From Octopus bimaculoides (Eukaryota): DNA of 64,000 nucleotides. Positions 61,482 through 64,000 of the stretch are shown here, piece after piece. The notes below the pieces were generated by a model. That model ran no database searches. It was given only the letters and a program-made list of their open reading frames with translations, and was not told the origin of the DNA. The position numbers and the translations under genes were made by a program. Position 1 is the stretch's first letter, and each line of letters opens with the position of its first letter. The stretch spans positions 26,429,308 through 26,493,307 of the forward strand of contig NC_068986.1 of assembly GCF_001194135.2 (NCBI RefSeq), given 5' to 3'.

Positions 61482-61759
61482 TAGTAGGAGAAAGGGCTTA
61501 TTTTCATTTAGCCTGTGTCATAAATTTAATGTCTGTTTTTGATCAAGTAAATCTCTGATCAAAGGTGTTCCAGCAATGACCATCCCACCTTATTTCCAGA
61601 CATTATATTTAAAAATACATTATCCCATGTGCCATACTTTTTCTAAAGATGGTAAGGTGTGAGATAAGGGAAATTTGGCTACTATTTCTAACAGGCCAAG
61701 TGACCACGTAGAAACTGTTTTATTGGCCCATTTCATCAGCCAGCAACCAGGAGTCAGCT

Positions 61760-62160
61760 TTCCATGACACTCTTGTGTTGTATGCAGACAATCACCCAGG
61801 CTCTTGCCTCCAGTCCATTCCTTGATGTTGTCAGCACACAAACATCTTTGATGACCTCTTGCTCTCTTCCTCTCCATAATATGGTCTTGGGTAGTGACTT
61901 ATGGCACATTGTATGTTCAAAATATGATGACTACTGTGGACTTGATTTTTGACAATAGTTGTCTTTCGCCTCTCAGGTTTTCCAGTTCTGCAGCGTTTAT
62001 TACTTTTTCTTCTCTATCACTATGTACATTGTCCAAGTTTCTGCCTCATAGAGGACAACTAGCATAATATAAGTTTACTTGCTTCAATTTTGGTGCAGTG
62101 TTATGTCTTCTGATGTGAAGATTGTTTTCATTCTTATAAATGTTGTTTTAGCCTTATTTA
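61760..62160 (-). mobile_element. Degraded RTE LINE ORF2 3' fragment
   Basis: VVLYEAETWT ... RKRARGHQR..DNIKEWTG motifs with stops. Confidence 0.7.
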
Positions 62161-63239
62161 AAAGGCAAAGACAACGGTTATTAAACAGAACAAAAGGAAG
62201 AAAATATAAAACTAGATGGAAAGAAGCTTGAACAAATAATAAATCAGGGAGATCACTATGTAGAAGATACTCAAAGAATAAATAAGGTTAAAATTTATTG
62301 TCCCTTTTAATATTGCATTTATATCTGCTGGCAAAATGGCAAAGTTGTTAGAGCATTAGATGGAATGGTTAGTCCACATTACTCTATAAGGAGCATAGGG
62401 CCAATTTCTTTAGTGTATATATTTCTTCCAGGATGGGTTGCTGGTCTGTCACAGGATTACTCATTTTTGCCAGCTGAATGGACTGGAGAAACGAGAAATG
62501 AAGAATACAATGCACCACCCAGCCCAAGAATTGAAACCACAATTTTACAATGATGAGTCCTACTCCTTAACTGCTAAGCCATTTGCCTTCACATTGGATG
62601 GAGTATTTTGCAGTATTTGTCACAATACTTGTGCTCTGAGTTCAAATCTTGCTAATGTCAATTTTACCTTTCATTCTTTTGGAGTTGGGGTAAAAAGTTC
62701 TGTGTTCTGTAGCAGGAATATTTAGCAGACATGAGCATCTATGAATAAAAACTGAATCACTGTACCTGATGTAGAAACAAGTAAATGCTATGAATGCAAT
62801 TCATCCAATTATTGATGATGTTATCAAGCACTGATTTAGAACAGGGTCTCATTAACAATTCCATTTTTGGTGCCATTTTCTCTCTGAAAGCAAAAGTTAC
62901 ATATAGATCTGTTTTTCTTCTAACCAGTGGTGTGTGTAAGCGATTAGTGGTGTGTGCCTTGAACTGGTCAGCTACAAGTGTGGCTGTAGCAGTCAAGACC
63001 AATGGCTGATGACGTCAGCAGCACAACCAAAATCACCTAGCTGCTAAAATCACATAATGAAGGCTATTACTTTTTTCTTGATACACAAATATATTACAAA
63101 CTGCTGAACTGCTTTAACTTGGTCAGGACATTTTTCTGTTATTGGTTCTGATGATAACACATTGTTCTGTTTCACAATAAAATAAAATAATTTTGTATTT
63201 AAAAATCCAAACTGAATTTGTGTTCTTGCATTTATTGAT

Positions 63240-64000
63240 ATCAACTCAACTTAACCAAATTGTTTCACTGGTGACAACCCCACACTCGTAAAGGACATTA
63301 TGCAGCTTCACAACATATTAAACAAGTTCAAAAACATCACTGAGATGTCAATACACTTCCCCAGCAAGAATGTTGCACAAGCATCAAACACTAACCAGTA
63401 AAAGCAGGTCAAAGAGAAGCTCCTTCAGAGCCTTTATGTGAGCTTGGGAGTTGGCAAGAGTTGAATATGTTACCATCAGTAGGGAAACAGATGTAGTTGT
63501 CCTTATGCAAGTCTTCCTTGGTCTCTCACAGCATCGTGCTGAAAATCATGAAGGGAAGTGGGGCTAGGACACAACTCTGTTTCACACTTGTTCTCAATAG
63601 GGAAGGGGTTTCAACAGGTATTTGAGCTGGCCCCACTGGCCCTTGTGTAGAGGATGGAGGACAAAGAGAGACTTGAGCCACTCCAGGATTCTCCACAGCC
63701 TATACTTACTAACCATATCAAATGTCTTGGTCAGATCTTTGAAAGCAGCGTAAAGGGCCATGTTTTGCTCTCTGAATTTCTCCTGTATATGGTGGAGGAC
63801 AAAGACCACAATGATGCTTTGGACAGATTTCATCAGTTATGGCAGAGATGAGTCTTTCTAGAAGAACATACACCGGTATCTTGTCTGCAAGGGAAAACAA
63901 CATGATGCCTTTGCAGTTGGAGAATTCTGACTTTTCTCCTTTGGACAGAGATACTTTTGTGGTGTTGTGCAGGTCATGCAGGATTTCCCTTCTCACCCAG
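63240..64000 (-). mobile_element. RTE/BovB-like LINE reverse-transcriptase fragment, continues past window edge
   Basis: KGEKSEFSNCKGIMLFSLADKI..LLERL, IQEKFREQNMALYAAFKDLTKTFDMVS..LWRIL; multiple frameshifts. Confidence 0.85.

Overview
AT-rich (microsatellite- and SINE-dense) eukaryotic genomic DNA with six N-gaps. The repeat families and gene structure point to a coleoid cephalopod, most likely Octopus (inference). Three protein-coding genes can be reconstructed by hand. (1) A compact TIR-domain-only gene on + (CDS 2059-2490, 143 aa) whose fold pattern resembles TRAM/TRIF (TICAM) adaptors but keeps a SARM1-like alphaC glutamate. Its putative leader has a 36-codon uORF and a perfect DR1 (AGGTCAtAGGTCA). 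(2) EXOC7/Exo70 on - (22 coding exons, 38990->7260, 697 aa). (3) WBP11/SIPP1 on + (14 coding exons, 39440->58380, 646 aa), head-to-head with EXOC7, with start codons 450 bp apart. All reconstructed introns are GT-AG and phase-consistent. The rest is tRNA-derived SINEs, RTE and CR1/L2 LINE fragments, Tc1/mariner (one young maT-like copy with perfect 29-bp TIRs), piggyBac-, hAT- and pogo-type MITEs, a Penelope-like foldback with degenerate hammerhead cores, and a tandem Helitron-like pair. The most notable items are the TIR-only gene, several inverted-repeat configurations that could drive editing, exon skipping or back-splicing, and a frame-preserving cryptic EXOC7 exon inside a foldback element. 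No rRNA, true tRNA or CRISPR features are supported.
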